A DNA stretch of 64,000 nucleotides, from NCBI GenBank assembly GCA_964016885.1, contig OZ024758.1, positions 22,630,001-22,694,000 of the forward strand, in the 5' to 3' direction. The notes under the pieces are model-generated. The model did not search any database. It saw only the letters and a program-made list of their open reading frames with translations, and had not been told where the DNA came from. This document shows, one piece after another, positions 39,610 through 54,464 of the stretch; within the stretch, counting starts at the first letter, position 1, and every line of letters begins with the position of its first letter. Both the position numbers and the translations under genes were made by a program. The DNA comes from Eledone cirrhosa (taxonomy: Eukaryota).

Positions 39610-39935
39610 GAGGCACATGGCTTAGTGGTTAGAGCATTGGCCTTGCAATCGAAAGGTTGTGAGTTCAATTCTCAGACCGGGTGATGTGTTGTTTCCTTGA
39701 GCAAGACACTTTACTTCACATTGCTCCAGTTTACTCAGCTGTAGAAATGAGATGATAGGGACTGGGGTCCATATCATTCCACTGCAAAGTGGTCATGTAA
39801 GTGCCACGGAAAAAAAAGCACCCAGCACTCACTGTAAATGAGGTTGGTGTTAGGAAGGGCATCCAGCTGTAGAAATCAAACCAGAATCTGTTCCCGTCCC
39901 ACCCTTGCAAGCAGGGAAAAAGTGGACGTAAAAAA
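39610..39935 (+). mobile_element. SINE family B
   Basis: Head GGCTTAGTGGTTAGAGCATTGGCCTTGCAATC...GAGTTCAATTCTC; tail AAGTGGACGTAAAA. Confidence 0.85.
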
Positions 39936-40024
39936 ATAATTAAAAAAAAAAAAAAAAAAAAAAAAATTAGAGCAGCATGCAGAGCAAAATAATAACAGAG
40001 CAGAATTAGTATAGAATTTTATTG

Positions 40025-40995
40025 TTAGACAATAGTCTCCTCCAAACACTCATCTTCCAAGTCAGCATCATAAGTTTCATCCAAATCGTCAGTTCCATGA
40101 AGTAAAAAAAATGGCTCAGCATCAGGCTCCAAATAATCGAGATCAACAGCATTGTAGCCAGGTTCTACATTGTCCAGCCAGTTCTGCACACGTTGCAAGC
40201 AGTCCTCTTCATACACTTGCTCCTCTGTCAGTGATGTGGAATGTCGACGGTCACGCAGATTAGGGTGTAGCATTTGCCAGTGAGTCGGGAAATTGGGGGC
40301 AGAAGCTGGAGATCGTAACGCTGCACGATCAACAGTGGCAGCAGACTCCAAATCTGAGATGCTTTCATTTGTATTTCCGGGGGTAAGGGGTATGATGATG
40401 TGATGGGTGGGGGGTTGCAGGCGATGCATTGATTCTGTACTGCACACTTTGTCACCAATGTTAGTGTTGGTGGCATGTGGAGAGGTGAGAGGTTCACACT
40501 CAGTACCATTATGACTTTCCCAAGGAGGAGGCAAAGAAACCTGTTGGGATTCTTGTTCGGCAACAGAAGAATGAGCCGGTAAGAAGGCAGAACTTTTAGT
40601 TGCTTCTTCTTCATGATTCTGCTTGTTTGGGAAAACTGAAAAGATAGATGGCCGAGCTAGATTGCTTTGACCCACAGTCAGAGTATCTTCAGGTGATAGG
40701 TATGGTGACCCAGTCTCCTTAAGGCGATGATATAGGAGATTGTTCACCCAAGATGGAAACTCAGCAGCCTGAGGTTCATCTTCACTGACATTCATAACCA
40801 GCCTATCAGCTAGAGGTTCTCGGGCTGACTGTCGTTTCCACGGTAAACTAGTTTCAGCTAAGGTTTGAGGTTTTTCCTCCTCACCTTCTTCACAGTTTAC
40901 TTCGGCAACTTTTTCGGAACATCTCCACGGTAAAGTTTTCTCAGCAATAGTTTCTCCAGCCACAACAACCGGAGATGACGAGTAACACTTCTCTT
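40025..40995 (-). CDS. Terminal coding exon of an unidentified gene (acidic, Ser/Pro/Glu-rich, probably disordered C-terminus)
   Basis: 971-nt non-repetitive open frame ending EDECLEETIV-TAA. Acceptor ttctattacag, phase 1. Confidence 0.85.
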
Positions 40996-41862
40996 CTGTA
41001 ATAGAAGAACAATTATTAAAATTATTGTTACTAGCTTTACAACAATTTAAAAAAAAATTAATAAATTAACCCTTTAATATTTACATTACTCTATATTTAC
41101 AATTATATTTTCACGGTAAAGGCTTTATCTCACATAATATATATAGGCACCTCTTAAACAAATATACACCCCAACCCACTACCCCTACTCCATCCCACCA
41201 ACACCACCCTTTCTCTGTAAAGTTATGTTGGTACCACACCATCCAATCCAAACTAAAGAGGTCATGTAGGTGTCACGACAAAAAAACACCCAGTCCACGC
41301 TGTAAAGTGGTCGTGTAGGAGACATGGTAAAAAAGGCTCCCAGTCCACACTGTAAAGAGGTTGTGTAGGAGACATGGTAACAAGGCTCCCAGTCCACACT
41401 GTAAATGTGGTTGGTGTTAGGAAGGGCATGCAGCCGTAGAAAACCTGCCAGATACAGTCCTATATGAGCAAGACACGGTCACCCGATCAATCTTGCTTCA
41501 AGTAGGACAATTCCTGTCTAACCCATGCTAGCGTGGAAGATAGACGTTAAACGATGGTGATGATATATGAAAATAAATGTAGTAGTCGTAGTAACAGAAA
41601 GATTCAAAAGTTTACTATTTGAATATAATTAACCCTTTAACAATCACATTACTCTATAGACACTATTATATTTTCAAGGTAAAGGCTTTATCTCACATAA
41701 TATCAAATCTATGAGATTTTGATATGATTTATGGGCAGTGGCTACAGCCAGTGAGAACAGAAAGAGGTGAGAGAATTCTGGCCAGTTACAGCTGGTTCAA
41801 ATGCTAAAGTTTTAAATGATGACAATAAAATAGCATTTCTAAATAAATAAAAATCTATTTAC

Positions 41863-41949
41863 CAGGAAGAGGAGGTCTATAGCGAAAACCTAAAGAATCT
41901 TTGGTATATTCCATGTCATTTTCAGCATTTTCACAATATTTTGTTGAAT
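41863..41949 (-). CDS. Internal exon (87 nt, phase 1/1): STKYCENAENDMEYTKDSLGFRYRPPLP
   Basis: Acceptor ttttctctgttacag, donor G|gtaaat; open and in frame with its neighbours. Confidence 0.8.
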
Positions 41950-42082
41950 CTGTAACAGAGAAAATGAAATTTAATAATAATCGAATATTGTAGCTTGCGT
42001 ATAGTAGCATTGTGTATAGTATATATGTAGAAAATTATGTTTTAATAAGGCTAAAACAATGTGAAATGGACTGTAAAATAAT

Positions 42083-42297
42083 TTAACCCTTTAGCATTTA
42101 AACCAGCTATACCCGGCCAAAATTGTCTCAGCTCTTTCTGTTCAAACCGGCTGTAACCGGCTTCATACTGATGTTAAGGTATTGTTCTCAAAATAAATAA
42201 TGTCAAAACATCATAGATTCAATATTATGTGAGGTAAAACCTTTAGCGTGAAAATATAATAGTAAATATAGAGTAATGTAAATACTAAAAGGGTTAA
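42083..42297. mobile_element. piggyBac-like MITE
   Basis: TTAA-CCCTTTAGCATTTA...TAAATACTAAAAGGG-TTAA. About a dozen relatives lie between 41 and 63.3 kb. Confidence 0.8.
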
Positions 42298-43618
42298 ATG
42301 AAGGCATCGAAGCTGTCTGTATGTTGCATGGTATTTATTATTTCTTTTTAAATAATTGTTTCTACTTTTGGCACAAGGCCAGCAATTACCCTAGTGCATT
42401 ACTGGTACTTTATTTAATCGACCCCATAAGGATGAAAGGCAAAGTTAACCTTGGCAGGATTTGAACTCAGAATGGCAAATAATTGTTTCTACTTTAGGCA
42501 CAAGGCCAGCAATTACCCAGTACATTACTGGTACTTTATTTTATCGACCCCCGTAAGGATGAAAGGCAAAGTTAACCTCGGCGCAAATAATAATAATAAA
42601 TAAGTAATACACAAACATCTTTGCTGCTTTCATTGAAAGTAAATTTGACAGTCCATTTTACATTGTCTTAGCCTGCTAAAAACAAATCATTTTCTACCTT
42701 GTAAATTTATTAATGTTTATTTTTTATTTATAAACATCATCATCATCATCACCAAAGTGGACGTATGATGATGATGATGATGATGTTTATAAATAAAAAT
42801 TTATTAATAAGTTTAAAATGAACTACACAATAGATAATGTGGGTGTTTCATGTTCATACAAGGCTCGACTTGTGTTGTCTTAGCTGCATCTTTCCTGCGG
42901 CTTATTCAAGCTGTCGTGCTCCCTGGGCTCAATTTTATGCAATCCAACCCTTATGCTTGAAATTGCATTGCCCAGTGGGTGGCTGATGAGGAAAACTGAT
43001 GCTTTTGTCCCTTTGTCCCACCACGTTTCATTTCCTTATGTGTACGTATGTGTGTAATCCATTTTTTCATTGTTTCCTTTTGCACCTTGCTTACACTTAT
43101 TAGCAGACTAAAATTCAATTTAACCATATAAGTTCATCCTCATTAAACACACAGCCACTATATATATAGTCTGTGGTGCTGAGACCGGGGAGAGCACTAA
43201 TCATGGGAGCACTCAATATGCATGAGGCTGAATACACAAGCCGAAACCGCTTGGTGCCACAGTTGAGATTTTAACCTATCTCTCTCTCTCATTATATATA
43301 TTTATTTAAATAACAGATTAAAGTTTATGCAAAGAATCGCTGCCCTCTTTGGATTTTAGTCTTCAAATTTATTATTATTACTAGAGAGAGAGAGGGGGAG
43401 AGAGAGAGAATGTGTGGTGTGTGTGTTTGTGCGTTTCCTTTTGGAAGTGGGTTATTGAAAGGCTAATAAATAATTGTGTTACCAGTGTAAAATATAATAT
43501 AAACAATGTGCTTCAAATAATATAATAATGCTAAATTACTCTAATACATATATATTTATTTAAAGAACTGGTTACTAAGTGCATTATTTTTTGGGTAAAG
43601 CTGGGTGTCTATCTAGCA

Positions 43619-44333
43619 CAGAGGTTCTCAAAGTGGTCAATAACCCCGGGGGAGCGTTGAGAAGATCGAGGAGGTCCCCAGTTCTAAGGGGCCAGTATAG
43701 ATGATATAATAGTATAAATATCAAATGATACATATAAATATAGTAAAATAAAAGATATATAATATTTATCTATACATATCATCATCATCATCATATTACG
43801 TCCGCTTTTCCCTGCTTGCAAGGGTGGGACGGGATCTGATTCTGGCTTGATTTCTACAGCTGGATGCCCTTCCTAACACCAACCTCATTTACAGTGAGTG
43901 CTGGGTGCTTTTTTTCCATGGCGCCTACATGTCCACTTTACAGTGTGGGCTGGGTACCTCCACGACCACTTTGCAGTGGAATGATAGGGACCCCAGTCCC
44001 TATCATCTCATTTCTACAGCTGAGTAAACTGGAGCAATGTGAAATAAAGTGTCTTGCTCAAGGAAACAACACATCACCCGGTCTGAGAATTGAACTCACA
44101 ACCTTTCGATTGCAAGGCCAATGCTCTAACCACTAAGCCATGTGCCTCCATATATTATATTATATATATCATATATTATATTATATTATTTATCATATAT
44201 AAATTAACGATTTTATTTATTATATATTATTTACAATTTGCGTGTAGACAGGTCTCTCTGCAAATAGGGATGTGGGGTGCGGCGCTGGAGTATTGTGGCC
44301 GTGAGGGGTGGCCCCAAAATTTGAGAACCTCTG
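43619..44333. mobile_element. hAT (Charlie-like) MITE containing a SINE B
   Basis: TIRs CAGAGGTTCTCAAA / TTTGAGAACCTCTG with 8-bp TSD ATCTAGCA / ATCGAGCA. Confidence 0.85.
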
Positions 44334-44439
44334 ATCGAGCATATACCAACTATCGAACTAGTAGATATCCTTAGCCTTACCAAATAACAACAGTTACTAT
44401 AAGATTCATCTACCACCACACAAAGAAAGGGTTACTTAC

Positions 44440-44764
44440 TGTTCAACTGTTCCCATTTTTCTCCCTCCTCACCAGAATCTTCAGCAGAGCAGTCCCGAAG
44501 CTGTTTGGGAGTTGCGAGGAGGTAGTTCTTGGGAGCATCATCTGTTTCATCGTTCAGGTTATTTAAAAATTTGTCTGTTTGGCAAGCTTCAGAGGACTCG
44601 GTCTGCTGATTGATAATTCTGTCCTCTTCAACTTCCTCTCTATTCTCGTCTTTACAAGGGGAATGATTAGAACACAGCTTCTCTAATTGAATACAAAGTT
44701 CCTGATGAAAAATTGCATAATTTGACTGCCTTGAAGCAGCAGAGTTCTTTTGAAACTTGGACCA
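44440..44764 (-). CDS. Internal exon (325 nt, phase 0/1): WSKFQKNSAASRQSNYAIFHQELCIQLEKLC...GEEGEKWEQLN
   Basis: Acceptor cttcctctactttcag, donor gtaagt; 108 open codons. Missed by the ORF track because it has no start codon. Confidence 0.82.
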
Positions 44765-45233
44765 CTGAAAGTAGAGGAAGACAATAACATATTTTTAAAA
44801 TTAATACTCAGAGGACCAATGAAGAAATAAAAGTACAGTATCTTCATTTTGAAATACAAACCAATAAAGAGAGAAGGGTTATAAATCAGTCTCTCTCTTC
44901 CTCTCTCACCCACACACACAGGCAGACACACATACATTCATTTTACTGATGTTTGTGCATTGCCCTATGTACTGTACATGCACTTTTTTGATGAGTTGTG
45001 GTGCACCTGGGCACTGTGCACAATATTTCGTTATTGTTATTATATCATGACTCATACACTGTTTATTTTCCTGACATTTGTACATTATTCTATGTACTAT
45101 ACATGCACCTTTGATGAGTTGTAGTGCACCTGAGCACTGTACACAATAATTTCATTATTATTATTATTATTATACATAGTTGCCTGATTGAATGTACATG
45201 GCATAAAACTGAGTAACAACAAACTCCTAAATA

Positions 45234-45429
45234 CAGGCTGAATCAAAAAGAATCTTCTAATTTTATTTCCAATATTTTACAAATGTTCAATATGTAAATA
45301 ACTTTATAGAAATTTATAAAAGTTATAAAAAAAAAGAATAAAGCTTTATATTCAGACATGTATTGTACAAGTTGCCACATGGTTATATGGTCATTTGTTT
45401 AAAAAATATAGCCTCTTTGATACACCCTG
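45234..45429. mobile_element. Tc1/mariner-like MITE
   Basis: TA-CAGGCTGAATCAAA...TTTGATACACCCTG-TA. Confidence 0.6.
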
Positions 45430-45477
45430 TAATTTCAGTACTATTCCCTTCATTTGTAAACAAAAACATATTTCAAA

Positions 45478-45633
45478 TTGAACGCTATCAACTTCTATGG
45501 AATAAATAGTAATATCAAACGCTATCAATTTTTATAGAATAAATAATAATATCAAACGCTATCAACTTCTATGGAATAAATAGTAATATCAAACGCTATC
45601 AATTTCTATAGAATAAATAGTAATATCAAACGC
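45478..45633. repeat. ~37-bp tandem repeat, about 4 units
   Basis: AAACGCTATCAACTTCTATGGAATAAATAGTAATATC units. Confidence 0.9.
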
Positions 45634-45644
45634 TCCCACTCTAA

Positions 45645-45895
45645 TCGATCGACAAGATCCCAGACCTTATTCACTTGCCGAGTGGGATGGACCTTGTCAA
45701 ATCAGACCAAGGAAACAATGTTTCCATTGGTCTTTCTATTGCTGATACTATCTACTGGTCGCAACTCCTGGCAGAAGGAGCAACGTGAAATAAAGTGTCT
45801 TGCTCAAGGACAACACATCACCCAGTCCGAGAATTGAACTCACAACCTCACGATTGTGAATCCAACTCTCTAACCACTGAGCTATGCACCTTCAC
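45645..45895 (-). mobile_element. SINE family B (GGGATCTTGTCGATC tail)
   Basis: Related copies at 47710-47957 (+), 48242-48497 (+), 58935-59195 (-) and 27790-28032 (-). Confidence 0.82.
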
Positions 45896-46112
45896 TAGAT
45901 GTAATAAATAGTAATATCAAAATCTAACAATAGATGTAAACAGTATCAATCAATACCAATTTTATAGAACAAACTAATGAGTTAGGTTTGAGATATTTGG
46001 ATTAATGTCACAGGAATATAAACAAAATAAATATTGCAGCATTTGCTGATCTAATTTTGTTAATGTTTCTCCCCCACAAAATATTCTGTAGATACTAACT
46101 TTAATTATAATA

Positions 46113-46505
46113 TTAACCCTTTAATGTTCAAACCGGCCAGAATTCTCTATCTCTTTCTGTTGAAACTGGCCACTCATACTGATGTTAAGGTATTATTGTT
46201 CTCAAAATATATACTTTCAAAATCTCAGATTTGATATTATGTGAGGTAAGGTCTTTACTATGAAAATATAATTGTTTCTACTTTTGGCACAAGGCCAGCA
46301 ATTTCCCAGTGTATTACTGGTACTTTATTTTATCGACCCCGTAAGGATGAAAGGCAAAGTTAACCTCGGCGGGATTTGAACTCAGAATGGCAAGGGCCGT
46401 AACTATGTGTCAAAGCATGGCGTCCGACCCTCTATCGAAACTGCCAATTCACCGCCCATGAAAATATAATAGTATATATAGAGTAATGTGAATGCTAAAG
46501 GGTTT
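46113..46505. mobile_element. piggyBac-like MITE with a SINE A insertion (46273-46457)
   Basis: The SINE is flanked by 13-bp TSD ATGAAAATATAAT. Confidence 0.82.
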
Positions 46506-47369
46506 AATGGTATTTTCAAACAAAGACAAATGAATAACAAATGTTTGCAAAACAATCAAACAATGCCAGCTAGAATTGGTTTTCTCTGATCAATAACAGA
46601 ATATTGCTTTCCTTTAAATTGAATATTCCACTTTAAAATACCTAAAAGGATCCAGTATAAAGTTTCTGTATTTCTATTGATTTCTACACAGATATGTTAG
46701 TAATATATTCCCAGAGACCCACTTATATCTACAGTAAAGAAAATATTTTTTTAGGATTTGAAACTTAATCGTACAAGGATTATATTTTAAGATGCCCCAA
46801 TAGTGACATTACTATTAGAAGACCCCCCCCCCCCTCCCTAGCTCGATCAGAGAGGAACTATTGAAGATTCAGACAAGTTTATTTAAGTGTTTTAATGCTT
46901 TAGTATTTACATTACATACTGTCAATGTGGTTGGCGTTTGGAAGGGCATCCAGCCATAGAAAACCAGCTAGAAACACCCCTATTATGAGCGAGACACGGT
47001 CACCCGGCCCAACATGCCTTTAAATGGGACCTGTCTAACCCATGCTAGCGTGGAAGATGGATGTTAATTGATGATGATGGTGATAATGATGATTACTCGA
47101 TATTTACTTTTATATTTTCGTGATAAAGGTTTTACCTCACATAATACCAAATCTAAGAGATTTTGATATTCATTTTGAGAACAATACCTTAACATCAGTA
47201 TGAGTGGTTAGTGACAGTCAGTTTGAACAGAAAGAGGTAAGAGAATTCAGGCCGGATATGGCTAGTTTAAATGCTAAAGGGTTAAGATATATCAATAATA
47301 ACACACATTGCTATATAGAAGACCTTCCAGGGGAACTATTGAAGATAAACACAATTTTATTTAAGTGTC

Positions 47370-47594
47370 TTAACCCTTTAGCATTTACATTACTCTATAT
47401 TTACTATTATAATTTCACTGTAAAGTCTTTACCTCACATAATTATCTCATAATATCGAATCTGAGATTTTGATGAGATTTATTTTGAGAACAATACCTTA
47501 ATATCAGTATGAGTAGCCAGTTACAGCTGGTTTGAACAGAAAAAGGAGAGGGAATTCTGGCTGGATATGGCTGGTTTAAATGCTAAAGGGTTAA
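47370..47594. mobile_element. piggyBac-like MITE, complete
   Basis: TTAA-CCCTTTAGCATTTA...TAAATGCTAAAGGG-TTAA, with perfect 14-bp TIRs. Confidence 0.88.
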
Positions 47595-47954
47595 AAAAGA
47601 TTCCCCATTTTCAATGAACATCATTACTAGTACACTTTCAAAATTAAAAACGGAATTTTATCAACACACATTTAGCATAGAAATAATGAACTATAATAAT
47701 AGGTAAATGTAGGCGCGTGGGTTAGTGGTTAGAAAGTCAGATTCACAATCGTGAGGTTTTGAGTTCAATTCTCGGACTGGGTGATGTGTTGTGTCCTTGA
47801 GCTAGACACTTTATTTCACGTTGCTCCTTCTGCCAGGAGTTGCGACCAGTAGATAGTATCAGCAATGGAAAGACCAATGGAAACATTGTTTCCTTGGTCT
47901 GATTTGACGAGGTCCACCTCACTCAGCAAGCAAATGACATGTGGGATCTTGTTG

Positions 47955-48290
47955 ATCAGTATGAGTGGCCAGTTTCAACAGAAAGAGAGAGAATTCTGGC
48001 CGGTTTGAACATTAAAGGGTTAATATTATAATTAAAGTTAGTATCTACAGAATATTTTGTGGGGGAGAAACATTAACAAAATTAGATCAGCAAATGCTGC
48101 AATATTTATTTTGTTTATATTCCTGTGACATTAATCCAAATATCTCAAACCTAACTCATTAGTTTGTTCTATAAAATTGGTATTGATTGATACTGTTTAC
48201 ATCTATTGTTAGATTTTGATATTACTATTTATTACATCTAGTGAAGGTGCATAGCTCAGTGGTTAGAGAGTTGGATTCACAATCGTGAGG
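47955..48290 (-). repeat. Inverted duplicate of about 45846-46183
   Basis: About 335 bp including unique AT-rich sequence, identical apart from a 2-nt indel. Confidence 0.92.
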
Positions 48291-49739
48291 TTTTGAGTTC
48301 AATTCTCGGACTGGGTGATGTGTTGTGTCCTTGAGCAAGACACTTTATTTCACGTTGCTCCTTCTGCCAGGAGTTGCGACCAGTAGATAGTATCAGCAAT
48401 AGAAAGACCAATGGAAACATTGTTTCCTTGGTCTGATTTGACGAGGTCCACCTCACTCAACAAGCAAATGACGTGTGGGATCTTGTCGATTGATCAGAGC
48501 AGAATAATAATTGATGAACTAAAAAGATGGTTACAAAGCCCAACTGGAATTGATATATTGATTTCTAGCTTAGGTGCCAAGACCAGAAAATTTGGGAGAA
48601 GAGCAGAGTTGATGGAATCAACCCCAGTACTTGACTGCTACTTTATTTTATTGACCTCAGAAGGATAAAAGGCAAAGTTGACCTCGGCAGAATTTGAACT
48701 CAGATTGTAAAGAACCAGAACAAATCCTACGAAGGCATTTTATCCGATACTCTACCAATTCACCCCCCCCCCCTTTTATTACAAGTAATATATCAATAGT
48801 TCAATAACGTGGTAACAATATTCAAACAGAATACTATGAAACAGTAATCTATTAGATAAGTTACTAACTCTTAACATCCTGTTCCACATGAAGCTGCATT
48901 AACAAATGATTGTCTAGAAGTCTAAAGTCCGTCTCGAGCCCAGAGGCTCATCAGGCCGGTTCTTATCCCGGTTTTTGTGGAAGGAAGCGACTGAGAGTAC
49001 AAGACTTCCCTCCTGGATAGGACACCAGTCCATCACAGGGTTAAACCTCCAGCTATTGCTGATACTCATTTTCAGCTGAATATTCGGAGCAATGTGAATT
49101 GAAGCATTTTTTGTTCAAGAACACAACACACACAACCCAATCCAAGTTTCCAAAGCATGAAGTGACAGAGAGTACAAGACTCTCCACTGGATAGGACACC
49201 AGTCCACCACAAGGTAAAACCACTAGGTACTATGGTACTCATTTTCAGCTGAGTACACAGGAGCAACATGAAATGAAGTGTTTTGGGCTCTAGAACACAG
49301 CAGACAACCCAGTCCAGGGATCAAACTCACGACATTATGATCCCGAGTCCAACACCCTCACCACTGTACAACATTAAAAATTCAAGCCTTTAGTTTTATG
49401 CAAATTTTCACACGATACATGAAACGATACCATGAAGTATTTGAATATGAAAAACAAACAAACTGTTTGTAGATATTTTCTGTTAAGCCATTACAGGATA
49501 TTAAGACATTACTTCAATACAAACATGCTATAACTTGGTGGCATGTAGTAATTTACAAATATGATCATGTGTGTCTTACAGCTGACCTTTATAAGAGTAA
49601 ACAGATTTGGGTATTTAACACAGCACTGTAATTACAGGCTATAACTATAAGTAATGATAAGAATATCTAACATATATTGTCAGTTCAATTGAATTAAAAT
49701 AGCAAAAAAACAGTGTCTATGATGAATTGACAACACACA

Positions 49740-50855
<1,116 letters not shown>

Positions 50856-52399
50856 GGAAAAAAATTATGACCAAATTCCGGCAGTAAATGAAACAACATC
50901 ACTTAAACAATCCTTCTTCATTAAGTTTTCATATTGACAACGAGTTAAGTCTACAGTCTACTTACCCATGCAGGACACATGTAACGCAGGGGCCCAAATG
51001 AGCACATTAAATATACTAGGAGTTAAATGATGCACCGGTCAACAGTAGCAAGAGGTGAGACGGGAACTTTTAGTTAAACAGAAGAACTAACAATAGTAAT
51101 AACCATCGCTAACAGACACTTTAATCGTTTGTTGTAAACTGACTGCTAACAGATGTAGTAATGATGTAGTCTTTAAACACCTTCACGCATTTAGCAGCAG
51201 CTAGAGCACTTAGATATGTACTGAAATTAGATGTAGTAAGCAGATGGCCCAAGGCCAAGCTTATAGACCCTCCTTCACAGGAGAGGTAGGAGGAAAAATA
51301 TAAATACAAAAAAAAAAAAAAAAAAAAAAAACTTACTTCAACTGGTTATATAAATGATAGAACATTGAGAAGATATTTCCATAATTTATTGACTGTACAG
51401 CTTTTCAGACAATGTCAAATAATAAAGCAAGCACATCATAGAACCAATAAGTTGTGTCTGCATATTTCTATTTAATTTATAGTGGTGGGTATGAACACGA
51501 AAAACCTGGAGAGGGATGGGCTTCCCCAGGCTTAAAGATGCCCAAGAAATGCAGTGTGTCAATATGGCGTCCCTACGGCTTCTGTGGGAGTTATGGGACG
51601 ATACATACATACATACATACATGATGGCTGCCCCCTCGTTATCAAGTATGGCCATTGCACGATATACCATTATTAATAATTATCAATTAACTCCATCGTG
51701 CAATGCCTGTGCGTGAAGATATTTTTAAAGTGAGGAAAGACTGTGCACTGAGCCAATCCCACTCTCTGAGCGACAGTAGCTATAACCCAAAAAGAAGAAA
51801 AGATCAACATCATCGGTAACTACAGTGCCACAGGTTTTATATCGGAGTTATCCCAGTTTCCTGAGTTGCCTTCTCCTAGAAGAATGCCCTGACAAAGGCT
51901 AGGGGTCCTTCACTCCCAGACATACATACATACATAATCATAACATTTATTAATGAATAAAAATTATTAATGTTATGTATTGTAACCATTTAGACCATTA
52001 ATTTAAATGTTTTCTAAAAGCATGTGATATATTTTGATACAGAGACAACAAGACAAATCATCGTCACCACCATCATCATCGCCATTGTTGTTTAATGTCC
52101 ATTTTTTACACTAGCATGGGTTAGACGGGTCGTCCCATTTGAGTCAGGTGGCCGTATCTTATTCACATATATGAAAATGTAATTTAAAAAAAAAATTCAT
52201 TGGAGAAGAAGGAGAAGAAGAAACAGGCGAGAGAGTGTGTGTACATGAGCGAGCGAGCGAGATTAATGCTGTAATTAACTGTAAGATAAACACAGGGATG
52301 AGGGGAAGAAAATTCTGCAGGGATGGAACTACTAAACTAGCAAATACATACAAAGAATCATGACTAGTTCTGAGTCTGGGTGACAACTATGAAGGAGAT

Positions 52400-52444
<45 letters not shown>

Positions 52445-52799
52445 TAAAAAGAAATGTCAGAATGTTTAGTATGTCAGTCAACCTTCGTTATAAACACAAA
52501 TCAATGATAATTATGAGTAATTAACAATAAAAGCTTTGCCATAGATTATAACTGTAAACAATCAGTTGATACTGATCAGTCTAAAATGTTTCTTGATATG
52601 GGAACAATACAACAACCTATACGGCTAAAAGAATACATGGCCATAGAGATAGAGAATAAATAAATAAATAGGTTGTCTTTTCTTTCTCAAATGTTTCACA
52701 GCCATTTGTAATCTAACAAACAACAACATTATAATCTCCATGCTGTTATCCTTCACACAGAGAGCCAAACATTTCTCTCTGGCCTATAACAATCTACTG

Positions 52800-52953
52800 C
52801 AGAGGTTCTCAAACTTTCTGGGGCACTGCTCCTCCCTTATGGCCATGTAATACCCTCAGCACCCCAACCCTATTTCCAGAGAGACCTGCCTTCACACGAA
52901 TTATAAATAATACAATATATACTATGTATAAATAAATATATATTTTTTTATTT

Positions 52954-52991
<38 letters not shown>

Positions 52992-53075
52992 TTTGATATC
53001 TAATATACTATTATATCATCTCTACCCCCCCCCCCCCCACCTAGGGGGCAATAGAACCCACTTTGAGAACATCTG
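52800..53075. mobile_element. hAT (Charlie-like) MITE
   Basis: TIRs CAGAGGTTCTCAAA / TTTGAGAACATCTG with perfect 8-bp TSD ATCTACTG. Confidence 0.9.
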
Positions 53076-54247
53076 ATCTACTGTGAAGGTGCATGGCTTC
53101 GTGGTTAGGGTATTCGGCTTATGATCGTATAGCCACGAGTAAGGTTCCTGGTGGTGTGCTGTGTCCTTAAGCAAGACACTTTATTTCCCATTGCTCCAGT
53201 CGACTCAGCTGGCAAAAATGAGGTTGTACTTGTAATTCGAACGCCCAGCCTTGTCACATCCTGTGTCGTGCTGGATCTCTCAGAGAACTACGTTAACCCT
53301 TTAGCATTTAAACTGGCCATATCCAGCCTGAATTCTTTCACCTCTTTCTGTTCAAACCAGCTGCAACTGGCCACTCATTAACATTAAGGTATTGTTCTCG
53401 AAATCTCAGATTCGATATTATGTGAGATAATTATGTGAGGTAAAGCCTTTACCACAAAAATACAATAGTAAATATAGAGTAATCATCATCATCATCATCA
53501 TCTTACGTCCGCTTTTCCCTCCTTGCAAGGGTGGGATGGGAACTGATTCTGGCTTGATCTCTACAGCTGGATGCCCTTCCTAACACCAACCTCATTTACA
53601 GTGAGTGCTGGGTGCTTTTTTGCCGTGGCACCTCCACGACCACTTTGCAGTGGAATGATATGGACCCCAGTCCCTATCATCTCATTTCTACAGCTGAGTA
53701 AACTGGAGCAATGTGAAATAAAGTGTCTTGCTCAAGGAAACAACACATCACCTGGTCTGAGAATTGAACTCACAACCTTTCGATTGCAAGGCCAATGCTC
53801 TAACCACTAAGCCATGTGCCTCGCATGTAAATATAAATGTTAAAGGGTTGTACTTGCACGTTAATTTCCCAAGCAGGCTGTTCCATTGATATTATCAACT
53901 GGAACACGCGTCGTTGTAACTGACGGAGTGCCACTACAACTCAGCTGGCAAACATGAGCTGTACCTGTAATTTGAAGGATCAGCCATGTCACATTCTATG
54001 GCACACGGAATTACCCAGAGAACGACGTTAAAGGTGTGTTTGTGGAATGCCCAGCCACTTGCAAGTTAACTTTCCGAGAAGGCTGTTCCATTGATCGTAT
54101 TAACAGGAATACTTGTCGTCATAACCGGCAGAGTGCCACTACAACGTCTGTAACAACTCCCTCGTTAACTCCTGTCTAAAAGTAATAAAACACGTCACTA
54201 CTAGACTCAGTGTCTGTTTAAACACAAAGTAATGAGAAGTTTCTTAC

Positions 54248-54464
54248 CTTGTGTCGTGGATGATAAGAATTGTGGTCTAAGATATGATGGATGCGACAAT
54301 CATCTTCAAACTTAGTACCTTCTGTGCAGGAAGTTGAACCACAGCAAGCTCCAACAGGTGACGATGAAGTTAAGTGACTACTGTCTTCTCCATCAGAGTG
54401 ATCATCAAAAATAACACCAGAGTCCTCACCACAACACCTCTCCTGGTCTATATTAGATGGTAAC
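54248..54464 (-). CDS. Internal exon (217 nt, phase 2/0): LPSNIDQERCCGEDSGVIFDDHSDGEDSS...HHILDHNSYHPRHK
   Basis: Acceptor ttttctttttcttag, donor AAG|gtaaga; splices in frame to the exon at 44764. Confidence 0.82.

Noticed and set aside
39610-39685. tRNA gene
   Set aside because: A and B boxes are present but it is the head of a multi-copy SINE with no proper acceptor stem.
43150-43262. Hammerhead-like TGA-GGCT...AGCC-GAAA-CC...GGT-G-CCACAG
   Set aside because: CUGANGA is not contiguous and position 17 is G; at best a degenerate relic.
50966-51280. Extra exon of the minus-strand gene (good gtaagt donor)
   Set aside because: In-frame stop about 20 codons upstream in the required phase, and the flanking exons already join in frame.
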